From Callorhinchus milii (taxonomy: Eukaryota), in assembly GCF_018977255.1 (NCBI RefSeq), contig NW_024704742.1, positions 126,048,001 through 126,112,000 of the forward strand: a stretch of 64,000 nucleotides of DNA. Direction: 5' to 3'. The position numbers were made by a program, and so were the translations under genes. Shown here one piece after another: positions 49,501-62,639 of this stretch. Position 1 is the stretch's first letter; each line of letters opens with the position of its first letter. The notes beneath the pieces are model-generated. The model made no database searches. It was not told the DNA's origin and saw only the letters and a list, made by a program, of their open reading frames with translations.

Positions 49501-51521
49501 CCCTTTATTTAGCCCGGTTCCCTGGGGCTGCTGTGATCGTACCTTATATTCAACACATGTCCAAATCGATAGTGTAATCAGCAGCAGTCAGCATTTTTAG
49601 CAGACCATCCTTTGGATGAGATGTTAAACCTGTTCAGGTGGACATTAAAGATCCCATGGAACTATTGAAAAAGAGAGAGGAATTTGTCCTGCTGTCCTGA
49701 CCAATTCCCCAAATAAAATTATTCCTTCCCCTCATCGCTCTTTGTAGCATCTTGTTGTATGCAAATTGTCTGTCTTGTTTCCCTACAGACTGCACTTTAA
49801 AGTGTATCCTTTAGAGAGCTTTGAGCCATCCTCCTGAGGTGGAATGTGCAAAATTGAACAAAATAATTATTATCAATAACGATACCAATAAACGTGATGC
49901 CCATTGTGAATTCTAATGTGTTTGTAGAAAATTAGGATAGGAAGAAAAATACTTGAGGCGGACAGCATGATAATTATCATTTAGCGTTCATTGAACTTAA
50001 CTGTGTAATAAAAAAAATAAGCACATGGAAAAATGAATTATTGCTTAATCCTGCTGGAAGATAACAGCCCAAGTTCTGGTGAATTGCCAGCATATGTCAC
50101 TTCAAACTGGATCTCCAACATTTGCTCTCAGACTGCATTGCGTTATGATTTTAATTCAGCTGATGTACTGGAATTGATTAATTCATTTTGGAGTTATATT
50201 ATTGCATGATTTTGGAATAACTATGATCTTAAGGCTCTTCATGTAACATCCGTGGTTCAAAGCCATTTGTTTGCACAAGTTGAAAGAGAGGTTGGCATTC
50301 ATTAATTGTGTACAGCTGAAAGAATGACAGACAATGAAAAGAACAAATAAAGAAGTTAAAGTTTTATTTAAAGTTTCAAGTTCGCAATTCATTACATCTG
50401 TGCTCAATTGAAAAATAAACACGGATCTGTTCAGTAATGCTAACAGTATATTGACAGAGGATTGCCTTTGCAATTTCCATTCACATCTTCAGATAAACCT
50501 TAGGGAAACAATTGGGTTGAAGGCTTTGGGAAACGACTGAGGCAAATCAGAGTTCTAAAGCCATATCTGACAAACAGTGTCTAAGGAAGCATACAAAATA
50601 AGTCATTAAGCACACCACAGTGGCTGCTATAAGTGTCTGAGAAATGAAAACAGAAAAAATAAAGGGATTATCAGCAATACAAATTGGATCTCTCAAAAAA
50701 ACAAGCATGTTAAGATGTATATTAAAGCTAAGTCTGTAAGAATATGAATTACATTCTTGTCAAGGTTATCCGAGCTGATTGCCACTGCAATACAGTGCAA
50801 ATTGCATATTTCACAACCACGCACACCAACCTATAGCTTGTAACAATATCCAGATAAAATGAGAGCAATGCAACAGATTGATCATTAAAATTGTGTGTTC
50901 TGTGATTCCATTAAATGCAAATGAGGGAGTAATTGTACACATGGGCTTGTGGAATTTGTTGGCAATGATTGGGAAGTGTTTGTTTGCTCATTCCAGCAAT
51001 TAAAACATTTGAGAATTAGACCCCACAAGTCCAACTCTTTTTAATTGCTGCCAACACCACTTCTCACTAAAGAGGAGAAATGAAAAAAATACTGTTTCTG
51101 GGACACTGGTGTGTGCAATTGAGTATCATATTTTGCCCACAAAATAAACAGTCACTACACTTTACGATATATTCTGTGAAGCGCTTTGAAACGTCTCAAC
51201 AATGAGATAAGGTGCTACATCAAATGCAAAGATTATCATAATTATTATTCTTTAATTCCACTTGGGTCTAGATTTAGTCTATTAACGTGGCAGTTTACAA
51301 CATCCAGAAATTTAATAAATTCTTAAATAAGGCCTTAATTTTAAAGCTGTTGTTCCGTAAGGTCATTTTAAGAACTATAGAAAGCCGACTTCAAAGTTAA
51401 GGTTGATTTCGACTATTTGCTGAGGTACAGATGTTCTAAATTGCTACATTAATAGAGTAAATCTAGACACAAGTGGAACACCTCCTTCTAGATTCCTCAA
51501 TCCCTCTTTTCCAAATAAACG

Positions 51522-52058
51522 ACATAGATACATGGACATAGAAACAGGAATAGGCTATTCAGCCCCTTGAGCTTGTTCCACCATTTTATAAGATCATGGC
51601 TGATCTATACCTCAAGTCCAGTTGCCCGCCCATGCCTCATATCCTTTAATACTAGACCTAACAAATATTTATCTACTTCCATCTTGAATACATCCAGTCT
51701 CTTCTTGAATATGTCTATAATTACGTCCTCCAGATGTGAAAGGCACTATATAAATCCAATTTGTTGTTGTTGCTTTAATGACCTTCATGGTAATTTATTT
51801 TACAAGTCCAATATTCTTGATGTGTAACAGAAAAGTTCTGGCTGATTACTTTGCATATTGTAACTTCCTGATTTTTACCCTGGGTCTCCCATTGTTTGAA
51901 ACATTTACCAAATGTAACAATTTCCCTGGATAAACATTGTCAATCTCCCTCATGATCTTGAAAGCTTTAATCAGGCCATCTTGAAATCCCCTGTATTTCA
52001 GAGAGAGAAAATCCAACTTCCTTAACTTTATCCTATAACTAGGGCTTCTGATTTTCAT
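51522..52058 (-). mobile_element. Degenerate CR1 3' portion, with a short L2 tail inside (about 51720-51772)
   Basis: acatagatacatggacatagaaacaggaataggctattcagcccc tail; minus-strand ORF SYRIKLRKLDFLSLKYRGFQDGLIKAFKIM. Confidence 0.72.
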
Positions 52059-52756
52059 GTTTAGCTGATAAAAAACAATGAAACATTAAAAAAAGGAATT
52101 GGTGTTTGCCCAAAAACACCGGAACTGTTTGTTCAACTCAGAGATGAGGTTTTTTCTCTCTCACTCTGGGCAACACCTTGGTGAGCCAATTGCATATGAA
52201 TCACTCTCGCTCTGGACCATGTGCGCAGATGAAATGTTTGTGCGTGAGATGAGGGAGGAACTGCACATATGTGGGGTCACCCCTCTCCCCTCCGTGTCAC
52301 AGACGTGATGTCTCATTACAGGATCAAAAGCCCACCCCCCAACCTCGATTTATAAACACTCAAAAATTGCTAAAACTCCCGCCCCCCCCAAAATGAAATT
52401 GATAAACACTGAAAAACAGAAGCCCTACCGATAACATAGATTAATAAGACCTGGCATCATCTTGGATGATAACCCCTGTGGCCTCTCAAGGGCAACAAGA
52501 TCAGGTGAAAACAAATTTATGCAGTCATCCAGATGTGATCTGACGAGCACCACATATAGAAATATAACTGCTGAATGCTAAATTTTGTTTGAGAAATAAA
52601 ATTGCCACTGGATTTATTCCGCATGTTTGGTGACACACCGCCAAAGATAACTCAAGATTCAGTCAGCTTGAATCACGCTAAAGCACTGCTGATGACACCT
52701 GCAAAAGATGATTTCAGGAACAGTGCCATTCTTCCCCATTGCTGTATCACCGCTGG

Positions 52757-53166
52757 TTTAGCCTGGTTCAGTCAATAGTACTCTCATCTCTGAGTTCAAG
52801 CCTCGTCAGAACTTTGAGCTTATAGTTCTTGCTGACCCTCTAGTCCAGTCAGAGTTGCCGTCCTTCAAATACAATGTTACACTGAGGTCCTGACTGCTTG
52901 TTCAGGTGGACATTAAAGATCAAAAAAAAAAGGCAATTCTCCTAGTGTCCTGGCCAACAGTTCCCAGATAAAATTGCTCATTCACTTCATGGATGTTTGT
53001 TGGACATTGCTGTGTGCAAATTGGCTGCTGTTTGTTGGACATTGCTGTGTGCAAATTGGCTGCTGCATTCGTCGACAAATGTGCAGTCACGACACTTTGC
53101 AGTAAATCCTGTGACGCACTTTGAGACGTTTTGATGACGTTTGTATCAAATGGAAGGATTATTATA
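52757..53166 (+). mobile_element. Deu-domain SINE, full length, with an internal 35-bp tandem duplication
   Basis: Head, Deu block (gttcaggtggacattaaagatc) and tail. Confidence 0.75.
52994..53063. repeat. Perfect 2 x 35-bp tandem duplication
   Basis: tgtttgttggacattgctgtgtgcaaattggctgc occurs twice. Confidence 0.95.
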
Positions 53167-55321
53167 TCAATGCTAAACTCTCCACTTGCAAAAAGTGTTT
53201 GTGTAATTACAGCCATGATGCAATGTATTTAAAGATTTTTATTAACCTCTCCCTTTAATTCACTTATCTGAAATTCATGCCCTCAAGTATTTTATAGCAT
53301 TTTGGTACAGAACAGTACAGAACTTTTGAGTTACTACAGAAACAATTACATAATGTCACAAATCTGATTTCTCAGAAACATTAAGAAAATTGCAAAGATC
53401 AGTCATGAATCATCGTAAACTTTTGAAAAAGACACTTCCTGCCTATTAAAAACCCCAAAAATTGTTTTTTCAATTCTCTCTGAGTATACTCTGAGTTAAT
53501 ATGAAATGAGAGGATATGAAATAGCAGTTTGAAAGAAAGGCAAACAAGATTTGTACTTGGCTGTAGATAACAACACAATAGTACCCACATTTCATATAGT
53601 GCTTTATTATGTAAGATGGCTTAATGTTAGCAAATCTGTGACAACAACATATGAAAAAGAACAATGGGATTAATGCCCAATTCATTGGTTTTCCTTTTGT
53701 AACTTTGGAATCAGCACCAAAGAGGAGCAATAGAGAAAAAAAAATAGGGTGGAAGAAAATTGGGACTTTTGATGCATTAATTAACCACTGAACAAGCCAT
53801 CTTGTCCATAATTTAAGACATTGTTTTTTCAGCCTGACTCCTTTATAATGGTTGGGTCTCAAGTCCACAGAGGGTGACATGAGAGTAATAGTTAGTAGGA
53901 TATCAGCTTTACTTTGATTATTTTTGTTGAACGATATTGGTATCCCACTAAGTCCTCTAATGCCATGATCCATGGATTGGTGGCAGTATATTACTGTGGT
54001 CCACAAGTTGGCTTTCAGTCCAACTATTGTGACCGTGTTGGAGGGTTTGTAGCTATCGACTAGTTTATTTCGTTACTTATTGAGAGAGTGGAATTTTCAA
54101 TAAAATGCTATTCAACACATCCCAACTCACAATTTACATTCCAATAAAGAAGAACCTGCACCTTTATAACACGCCTAAAATATAAATATCTCAAAGCGCT
54201 TCACAGTAATTATTGTCACGTGTATTGATTGTTTTTGCAAACAAAAATGGTCGTCATTTTATGCACACCAGTCACACAGAATGGCTAGTTTTTGAGAAGA
54301 GTAATGGAAACTTTAACATGCAATGAACAAGCAAACAGGATCTCGGATTTTAATCATCTTATCTGAAGGTCAGCACCTGCAACAATACAACATTCCCCAA
54401 TTCTAGATAGTCTGTGAGCCCATTATGGCACTTGAACCAATATACTTGTAACCAAAAGCCAGTCTAACACCTAAAGTGTTACAAGAACAGAAGAACATTA
54501 AAGAAAAACTATTTGACTATTATTTCTAAGGGATCACAAACAAAACAGCATCCTAGTTAACTCAATTACTTCAACACCAAATGTACAACCTGTAATTTCT
54601 GGGTATGAATCTCAAGCAGACCTCTCAGCACTTTACCCTTTTTGAGTTCAGTAAAATGAACATCATGTGCAAAATATGTCCCCCTGGAGAGGGATGAAGT
54701 CTTAGTGGGGGTGAACTGGCTCTGAGGAGACACAGATCACAGAGTCAGGTTATTCTAAACAACACTCCAAGTTAGAATTAGAGTTGTAGACATGCCCTCA
54801 AGTCTGCATGCCAAAGACTCGATGGATAGACTGCTCCTGGCTGCACGGTTACAACGAAAACCATGAAAACACAAGACGCATCACAGGATATACTGTAATG
54901 TGGACTGACTGTGGATTTTGTAGGTGAAATGTGGTAACCAGATTGCGCACAACAATGTCCCACAGAGCTGTATGAAATGATCCACCAAAACCCCAGGAAG
55001 TCTATGTAATATTACAGACTTGTCAAATCCTGGCCAGTTGTATTCTATAGGTGGCATATCTATAATTTCAGGGGTAAAGGTTAAGCTGATGTTTACCTCA
55101 TGCACTATCATTAAAAATAACCCTTTATCCTACTATTTTTAACAATCTTGGTACAGATAGACTCCATTATGAGTCATATAGATTATTTAAAAATCTTAGT
55201 CCATTCTCGTCTTATGATCTAGAAATCCCATCTTAACCTTCTTAACCAAATATTTATTAGTTCTCTTTTTAAATACTTTCAGCAATAAATTCTTCTGCTA
55301 AATTTTCTATACTTTTACTAA

Positions 55322-55705
55322 TAATATAATAATAATAATAATAATAATAAACTAAGTTTAATTTAGTACCTTATCACATCATCAAGACTTCTCAAAGCCC
55401 TTCACAGGATATACTGTAATGTGAATTGACTGTGTATTTTGTGGGGGAAATATAGCAGCCAATTTGCGCACAGCAGTGTCCCACAAACAGCCATGTCGTG
55501 AGTTCCCAATTCATTTTTATTTGAGGGATTTGTTGCTCAAGAGAAACTTCCTTCTCTTTTCAAATGCTGCCTTTGAATTTTTAACATCCACCTGAAAAGG
55601 CAGGTTTAATGCCTCATTCAAAGGATGGCACCTCTGACAATGCAACACATCCCCAGCAGTGCATTGGAGTGTCATTTTAGACTATGTGATTCCAAGTCCC
55701 ATGTG
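55322..55705 (-). mobile_element. Deu-domain SINE body and tail; head displaced to 57464-57508
   Basis: The tail and Deu block end at the start of the L2; the head (ctgactcagaggcaaaagtgctacc...ccaggctgacac) resumes after the L2. Confidence 0.75.
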
Positions 55706-55711
55706 ATTCCG

Positions 55712-57428
55712 ACTCCCACTGCGAGGAAATGCTGGACTTCCTTGAGTCCGAATCAAGGGAATCCACTCAGCTGCCATTGCCCTCCCAATTTCCATTCCCT
55801 CCCTACCACCCCCCCACACTCCACTACTACCCATGCCTCCTTCCACACCTTTGAACCTGTCACCCTCTCCTCTGTCATCAGCACCATATCCTCCATGAAG
55901 CTCACCACCCCCACCCCTCTCCTTAAATCCCAGCTCCACCTTCTTGCCCCACTGCTCGCCGACATCATCAACCTCTCCCTGTCATCTAGCACTGTTCCTA
56001 GCCCCCTCAAAACAGCCACTATCATCCCCACCTTGAAGAAACCTTCCCTTGACCCATCACAGCTATCCAGCTACCAGCCCATCTCCCATCTCCCTTTTTC
56101 CCTGGGCTGGTAGCTGGATCCTTGAGAGAGCCATTGCCTCCCAGGTTCACTCTTTCCTCTCCTCCCACTCCCTCCATGAGCCCCTCCAATCGGGTTTCCG
56201 CGCTGTCCACAGTACGGAAACTGCTCTGGTCAAAGTCACAAATGACATCCTGTCATGTGTGACCAGGGTTCCCTCTGCCTCTTCGTCCTCCTCGATCTCT
56301 CCACTGTCTTTGATACTGTGGACCACTCAATCCTCCTCCATCGCCTCTCCTCCCATCTCAACCTTCAAGGTTCTGTCCTTGACTGGTTCAGGTCCTACAA
56401 TTCACACTGCATCCACTTCGTCGCAGCAAATGGCTTTTCCTCCAGCTCCTGCACTGTCTTGTGCGGCGTTCCTCAGGACTCTGTCCTCGGTCCCCTCCTT
56501 TTCACCCTCTACATGCTCCCCCTTGGTGACATAAGAACGTAAGAACATAAGAATTCGGAGCAGGAGTAGGACATTCGGCCCCTCGAGCCTGCCCCGCTAT
56601 TTGATAAGATCATGGCTGATCTTCTGACCTAACTCTAATTACTTGCCCTATCCCCATATCCCCTAATCCCTCTATTTTTTTAAAATTTATCAGCCTCAGA
56701 CTTGAAAATGTTCAAGGACTACAGCCTTCTGGGGTAGTGAATTCCATAAAAACACTACCCTCTGAGTGAAGAAATGTTTCCTCAACTCTGTTCTAAAAGG
56801 CTGACCCTCAGGCTGCCGAAGCCCTCACCCACGCATTTGTCACATCAAGGCTCGATTATGGAAACTCCCTCCTCATCAGCCTTCCCAACTCTTCCCTTCA
56901 CAAGCTGCAGATCATCCAAAACTCCGCAGCTCATGTACTCTTACGTACCAGCCTCCGTGACCCCATCACTCCCACCCTCGCCCAATTCCACTGGCTCCCC
57001 ATCCCTCAGAAGTTGGAATTCAGGATCCTCGTCCTCACTTTCAAGGCCACTTTCACTTTTCCATGGCCTTGCCCCCTTCTACCTCTCTGACCTGATGACT
57101 CCCTACCAACCTGCCCGCTCCCTCCGGTCAGCTGGCTCCAGACTGCTCCATGTCTCCCGCCCGACCGCCCTACCATCAGTGGCCGAGCTTTCAGCCTCTC
57201 AACCCCCACACTCTGGAACTCCATCCCACAGTTCCTTCACCTTGCTTCCTCTCTTGCCTCCTTCAAGGCCAGTCTCAAGACCCTCCTCTTCAATCGTGCC
57301 TTCAGTCGCCCTCCCACATCTCTGCCTTCCCTCATCCCTACCCCACCACTCCCCCATACTCGGGTCCTGACCCCTGACTGTCCAGCGCCTTGGGATGTCC
57401 TCCCAACATGAAAGGCGCACTATAAATG
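55712..57428 (+). mobile_element. L2 LINE RT-to-3' fragment with an internal CR1 insertion
   Basis: HCEEMLDF, KPSLDPSQLSSYQPIS, HSTETALVKV, LLDLSTVFDTVDH, GVPQDSVLGPLLF, then RLDYGNS and HWLP, followed by the stem-loop. Confidence 0.9.
56530..56808 (-). mobile_element. CR1 3' end nested in L2
   Basis: Octamer tail cataagaacgtaagaacataagaa and hairpin ggacattcggcccctcgagcc; typical CR1 3'UTR. Confidence 0.88.
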
Positions 57429-59522
57429 ATGGGACCCACAACAACAGCGACATCAAATTACACTCCTGACTCAGAGGCAAAAGTGCTACCACGGCACCAG
57501 GCTGACACAATCAATGTACATCCTAAGATAACTGAGGCAGTTCAATATGATACCTTTTTTCCTCAATTTATATTGGTTGAGCAGTACATACCCACCCAGA
57601 ACAGAAACAGGGCTCTCTCAATATACACTCTCAATATAATTCCAGATGTCCCATTGATTTCCCAGGACTTGTACAGGCAAGTAACTTTGAAATGTTTGCT
57701 GTATTTATAGCGTGTTCTCCAAACATGGTTTGATTACATTTGGCAGAATAGTGGTTGAGTGCATTAGTTGGAACCAAAACTTGTTTTAAGTGCTGTAAAT
57801 ATATGTATGTCTTGTGCCATAGGCTTTTTATGTATACTTGTCTCCCTACTAATCTTATTCAGCATTGCCTGGGCACAGTTCACTTTCACAGGCCTGATTT
57901 CAGTCCCTAAGCTGTGGTTCTGCAACAATGTGAATGTCAGGGAAATACACTAGTTTGATGAAAGCCCATTTCCTTCTACAGTTTTGATGCCAACATAAAG
58001 GTAATTGAAGCAGCGGGGAAATGCAAATTAGTCAGACTGGAGCCTGCGGAGTGTTTATGAGGATTCACTGAATGGGTGTGTGTGGGCAGGTGGATTCTCT
58101 GATCGTGCCTGTGCACAATTTCCACGGTGATGAGTGTGGCCAATGTCATACAAACTGCATTTAGCCATCACACTATTAACACATGCTGAGCCATGATTAT
58201 CAGGTCACTTGCATTGTTCCCAGTGGCGTTTTTACTGTTGACTGGACAAAGCATTCACCTGTGAAAAAACAAAGAGTTTTTTAAAAATATATATTTTTAT
58301 ATTTCCTGTACCAAACAGCTTTGTTCCAAACAGCAGAAAGTGACATGAGTTGAAGAAATATTTATAGGGGGGTTAAACGGCCTTGGTCCATTTGCTGTGG
58401 TGATAGTGTTTTGATATTTAAAGCCCCTTTTAGCATTTTTCTGATCAGCCGGGATTTATTGAAAAAAACAGCTTTTAATACTTATTGGTACATCTGAATT
58501 TCCGATATGTTTGCTTTTCAGAAGCCATATTATCCGATGTTATACTGCTCTGATTGCAAAGCTCCAGTCCTATCCTGGCTGTGAACCCATCTGAATGACA
58601 GTGAACTCATCAAACAAACGTTCAGGACCTTCTGCGGCAATATTGATTGTTCCGAACACAAATGGTGTTTAATTTATGAGGCTGTGAGCTACCAGATCAA
58701 ATCACGGTGCTACAAATACTGGGGAACCATTACCAAAGTAACCGTCATGGAAAATATCAATATGAGATCATTGTCTAAGAATTATAGCATAGGATAGAAG
58801 TTCTTATCATGTAAATTAAGTGAAGCAGAAGCACTGGTTTTATCAGAGATTAATTCAACTAATCCTTTTATTTACAATATTTGGGGTGGGTAATCCCATG
58901 TTCTTTGCATTCCAGATACCTATGGGTCACATAAACTGTTTTCCTTCAACTAATCCTATCAATTGAATCTTTTGGAGTAACTGTTTCCTAATGTTTTCCA
59001 CAGGAAATGTGCGCTTCTGGGACATTAAGAGGCTTTAAGAGAATTACGGGGAATTAAAACCAGTTTTTGTCACAGCTTGCTGTCGCTACAGATAAATAGT
59101 TTACCAATTTAAAAGCTGGGTATGCAGAAGGTAGACGGCGGAAGGGAAGATTCACTGCCTGTATGGAAATTGGATAGGTTGCTGTTACAGCAGATGAGAT
59201 TAAACCATTTTAAAAAAGAATTAAAGTCTATGAGCTAACCCGAACCATATGGGAGCAGCGGCAATCCTTCGTTACACGTGTGGAAAATGGAGAGATTTGT
59301 TGATCAACAGCTTGTACATACGTATGTGATCTGAATGGAAAATAAGACAAGTGCAACATTTCCTCACAGTTGAAGCTCCTCCATTCCCAAACCAGATTAG
59401 AATTTGGATGTCAGATAAAGACACAGCGGTTTTAGCTGGTGAAACTCCACCCATGTACCTCAACTCACACTCTGGGGTCCCCAAGTCTTGTCAACCTGTG
59501 TCTAATAATCTCTGGAATTAGG

Positions 59523-59682
59523 TAAGTAGGATGCATCCCTCCGGGGAGAGAGTGTGCATTCCATTCCAATAAACATCACTGGAATCTCCATGTGTAGGTG
59601 GGATGCATTAATTTGGTCTGGATACTCTTAAGTATGGTGATGGGTTTCCACATGTGTCAGAAACCCGGCTGACCAAAAATAA
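59523..59682 (-). repeat. Unidentified ~160-bp dispersed repeat, copy 2
   Basis: Reverse complement shares ttatttttggtcag, aaacccatcaccat.cttaagagtatc, acctacacatgga, tttattggaatggaa.gcacactctc and gcatcct.ctta with 16152-16310. Confidence 0.75.
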
Positions 59683-59721
59683 CAGCTAACATTTCTGATC
59701 CTTTGCTGTTTTAATTAGGAA

Positions 59722-60420
59722 CAAATGAAAACAGAAACAGGATGAGGCCATTTACCCCATTCATGCCTGTTCCACCAGGTTATTATATTTGCCCTATCAC
59801 CATGCCTTAATACTCTACTGTTCAAGTATCTGTCGATCTCTCATTTAAACATCTCTATTCATTCCTCTTTTACAGCTTTGGGGACAAACCATTCCACAGA
59901 AACAAATGCTTCCTGGCCCAAGTTCTAACTGCCTCAGTTCTGATTTAAGGGTTATGCCCCTTGTAATTAATAATAATAAAATAATAATCCTTACATTTCA
60001 TGTAGCACCTTATCACATTATTGAGACATCTCAAGTCGCTTCATAGAATATATTGTAAAGTGGAGTAACTGTGTATTTTGTGGGCAAAACACAGCAGCCA
60101 ATTGTGTGCAGCAATGTTCCACAAACAGTCGTGGATTGAATGATCAATTTTTTTGGGGGGCCGAATGGTATTAATAGAAAGTGATCTGCCAATTGATTAT
60201 CAAAAGCAAGAGTTGTCCATTGTCTAACATGTCAGGTACATGTTCGATTACAATCATTATTTAATTATGGTCAATCAAATCACCCCTTAACCACTTCTGC
60301 TCCAAGGAACATAAGCCCTTTCTACAGAGGCTCTCATCACAGCTGAGCCCATTCAACTCAAGTATTAATCCAATTGTTGCTGGACACCCTCCAAAGCTAG
60401 CACATTAATCTATCTAATTG
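59722..60420 (-). mobile_element. Degenerate CR1 3' portion interrupted by a SINE tail (about 59968-60190)
   Basis: aacagaaacaggatgaggccatttacccc tail; later tcaatcaaatcaccccttaaccacttctgctccaagg, the reverse complement of the LE..RLRGDLI region. Confidence 0.62.
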
Positions 60421-60789
60421 TGGTGTTTGTTTATTTCTATTTTCCTTTCCAATTTACAGATCAGGCTGTTTTGGATCACTGTTTTCTTGTACACTGCCAG
60501 TTAATGTAACAATATCAATAGAAACCATCCTAAACAAAGGGTCTCATTTGCATTACTTCTCAATAGATTTCTTAAGAAGAAATGTGTCAGGATAGGGTTT
60601 TTAAAAGATCACATGTGCTGATGAAAAGGAATGTATTCAGTGATGTTTCAGAAATTCAATGATGCATCTTTTCAGCACTTGTTGTTTTAGAAATTTGATG
60701 ATTACAAATTTCTTATTAAGAAATCCTGTTGAGAAACATCGCAAATTAGATCAGATGATGGATGCAAGGTTCGAAAATCCAGTCAATCC

Positions 60790-61110
60790 AAAACTCTGTC
60801 ACCCGCATCTCACTTGCGCTAAACTCCGTACCCCATCACACCAGTTCTAGCCAGAATCAACTGCCTCCTGCTTGACGCTCACGTCCTCCATTCCACCATC
60901 GGTGACCACGCTTTCAGCCACTACACCCCAAAACTCTGGAACCCTCTACCTCAATCCCTCCTTCCCCACCTTCAGATTGCGCGTGAAGACCTTCTTCAAT
61001 CGTGCTTACGATCACCTCCTCCCGCTGATCAGCTTGGCATCATGCTCCCCAACTTGGATAGTCTGTGTGAGGAACATTATATAAATGCAAGCTGTTGTAA
61101 TTGTTGTATT
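60790..61110 (+). mobile_element. Degenerate L2 3' fragment
   Basis: ccaccatcggtgaccacgctttcagcc...aactctggaa...gaagaccttcttcaatcgtgc...tataaatgcaagctgttg. Confidence 0.7.
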
Positions 61111-62639
61111 ATATTTTGCTTGAATCTATCGAAATCATAAACCCATAATAAACAGATCCAAAGAAAAACGTATAATGTGTTTAATCTTCATGTGTCTAAT
61201 CACTTTAATGGTATTTTGCTTTCATATTATAACACTTCACTGATGATCCTGTTTCTGTTTTGTTTCATATAGCAGGGATTTGCCAACTTTAAACTTAATA
61301 ATAATAATCCTTGCATTTGCAGTGTCTTTCACGTCAGGAGGACATCTCAAGACATTTCACAAGATTTACTGTCAAGTGGAGTGACTGTGTATTTGTGGGC
61401 CAATGTAGCAGCCAATTTGTATACAGCAGCATCCCACAAATAGCATGAAGGGAATGATGAATTTGATAAGGGTGATCGTTGGCCAGGACACCAGGAGAAA
61501 TTCCCTTCTCGTTTTGCATACTGCCAGATCTTCAAATTCCACTGAATAGACAGACAAAGGGCTTCACAGAATATGGTGTAAAGTGAATTAATTGTATATT
61601 TTGTGGGCAAAATGTCACATTTATATGTGATAAATCAAAGTAATACGAATGTTAGCATTAAAATTGATTCTCACAAGATTTATTCTCATTACTCTTACAA
61701 TGTACAGCACAAATTCCAAATACTTAAATACAAGAAATTGATTATCTGCTGTATTGAACGCACACCCATATCCCCCATTCTTGTCAAACTTCAATGACTC
61801 CCAATATCTCAGCGGATTGATTTTAATATCATTGGCTTGGTTTATGTTTTTGATAAATATGAATCAAAAAACCTCAGAAGCCATTCTGGGAGCTACAATT
61901 TTGCAAAACAAAACATACTCGCTTCAAATTGTTAAACACAGAGCAGATGCTGGAATCTGAAAAGATAAAGCTATCAGAAGGGATGGTAATGCTGTGCGGA
62001 TGGACAGTGGGATGGATATTCTGGAAGAATAAGTTCAGATGGGTCGAAGGGTCTTGTTCATCCAAGCCAATCTTGTAATTTTGTGAAGTGCTGTTGCCTA
62101 GTAAGCAGTAGTCAACACCAACAATAGTATTAAAAAGCCACAAGCAATATGCTATTGTGTCCAAAGTGGTAGCCATGTATTTGTACCCACAGTCTTCTCT
62201 CCCGACCACAGACACACACAGTGAGTTCCTGATCTTACTCAGAATGTAGAAGCATTAAACGAGAGACAAACACATGATCACAGGTAGGTAAGCAGCATAG
62301 CTCCTCAATGTTCCTCAACTATTAGGTAGAGGATAGTTCTGTCCATTCATTTCAATGACGATTCCTAACCGAATCAGTTACTTTTATTACTCATGATTTC
62401 AATGCGGATCAATGAGCACCCACCCTACTGTTCTCTCATCACAGGAGTCCAGTGCCCTGGCAACCTATTCTAATCATTAATTACCCTCTTAGTAAAGAAA
62501 ATCTTCTTGGTACATCCTAACATATTGTTCTGAGTTTACTTGCTGAATCCCATTTAAAATATATGCACCTCTTTAAGTTCCCTTGTGAAGGTTGAGAGCC
62601 CGAGCTGGTCTAGGCATTGTTTGTAGCTCATTCTTCTAC

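Noticed and set aside
53470..54006. 178-aa minus-strand ORF
   Set aside because: No recognisable domain, non-ATG start and AT-rich composition; likely chance.
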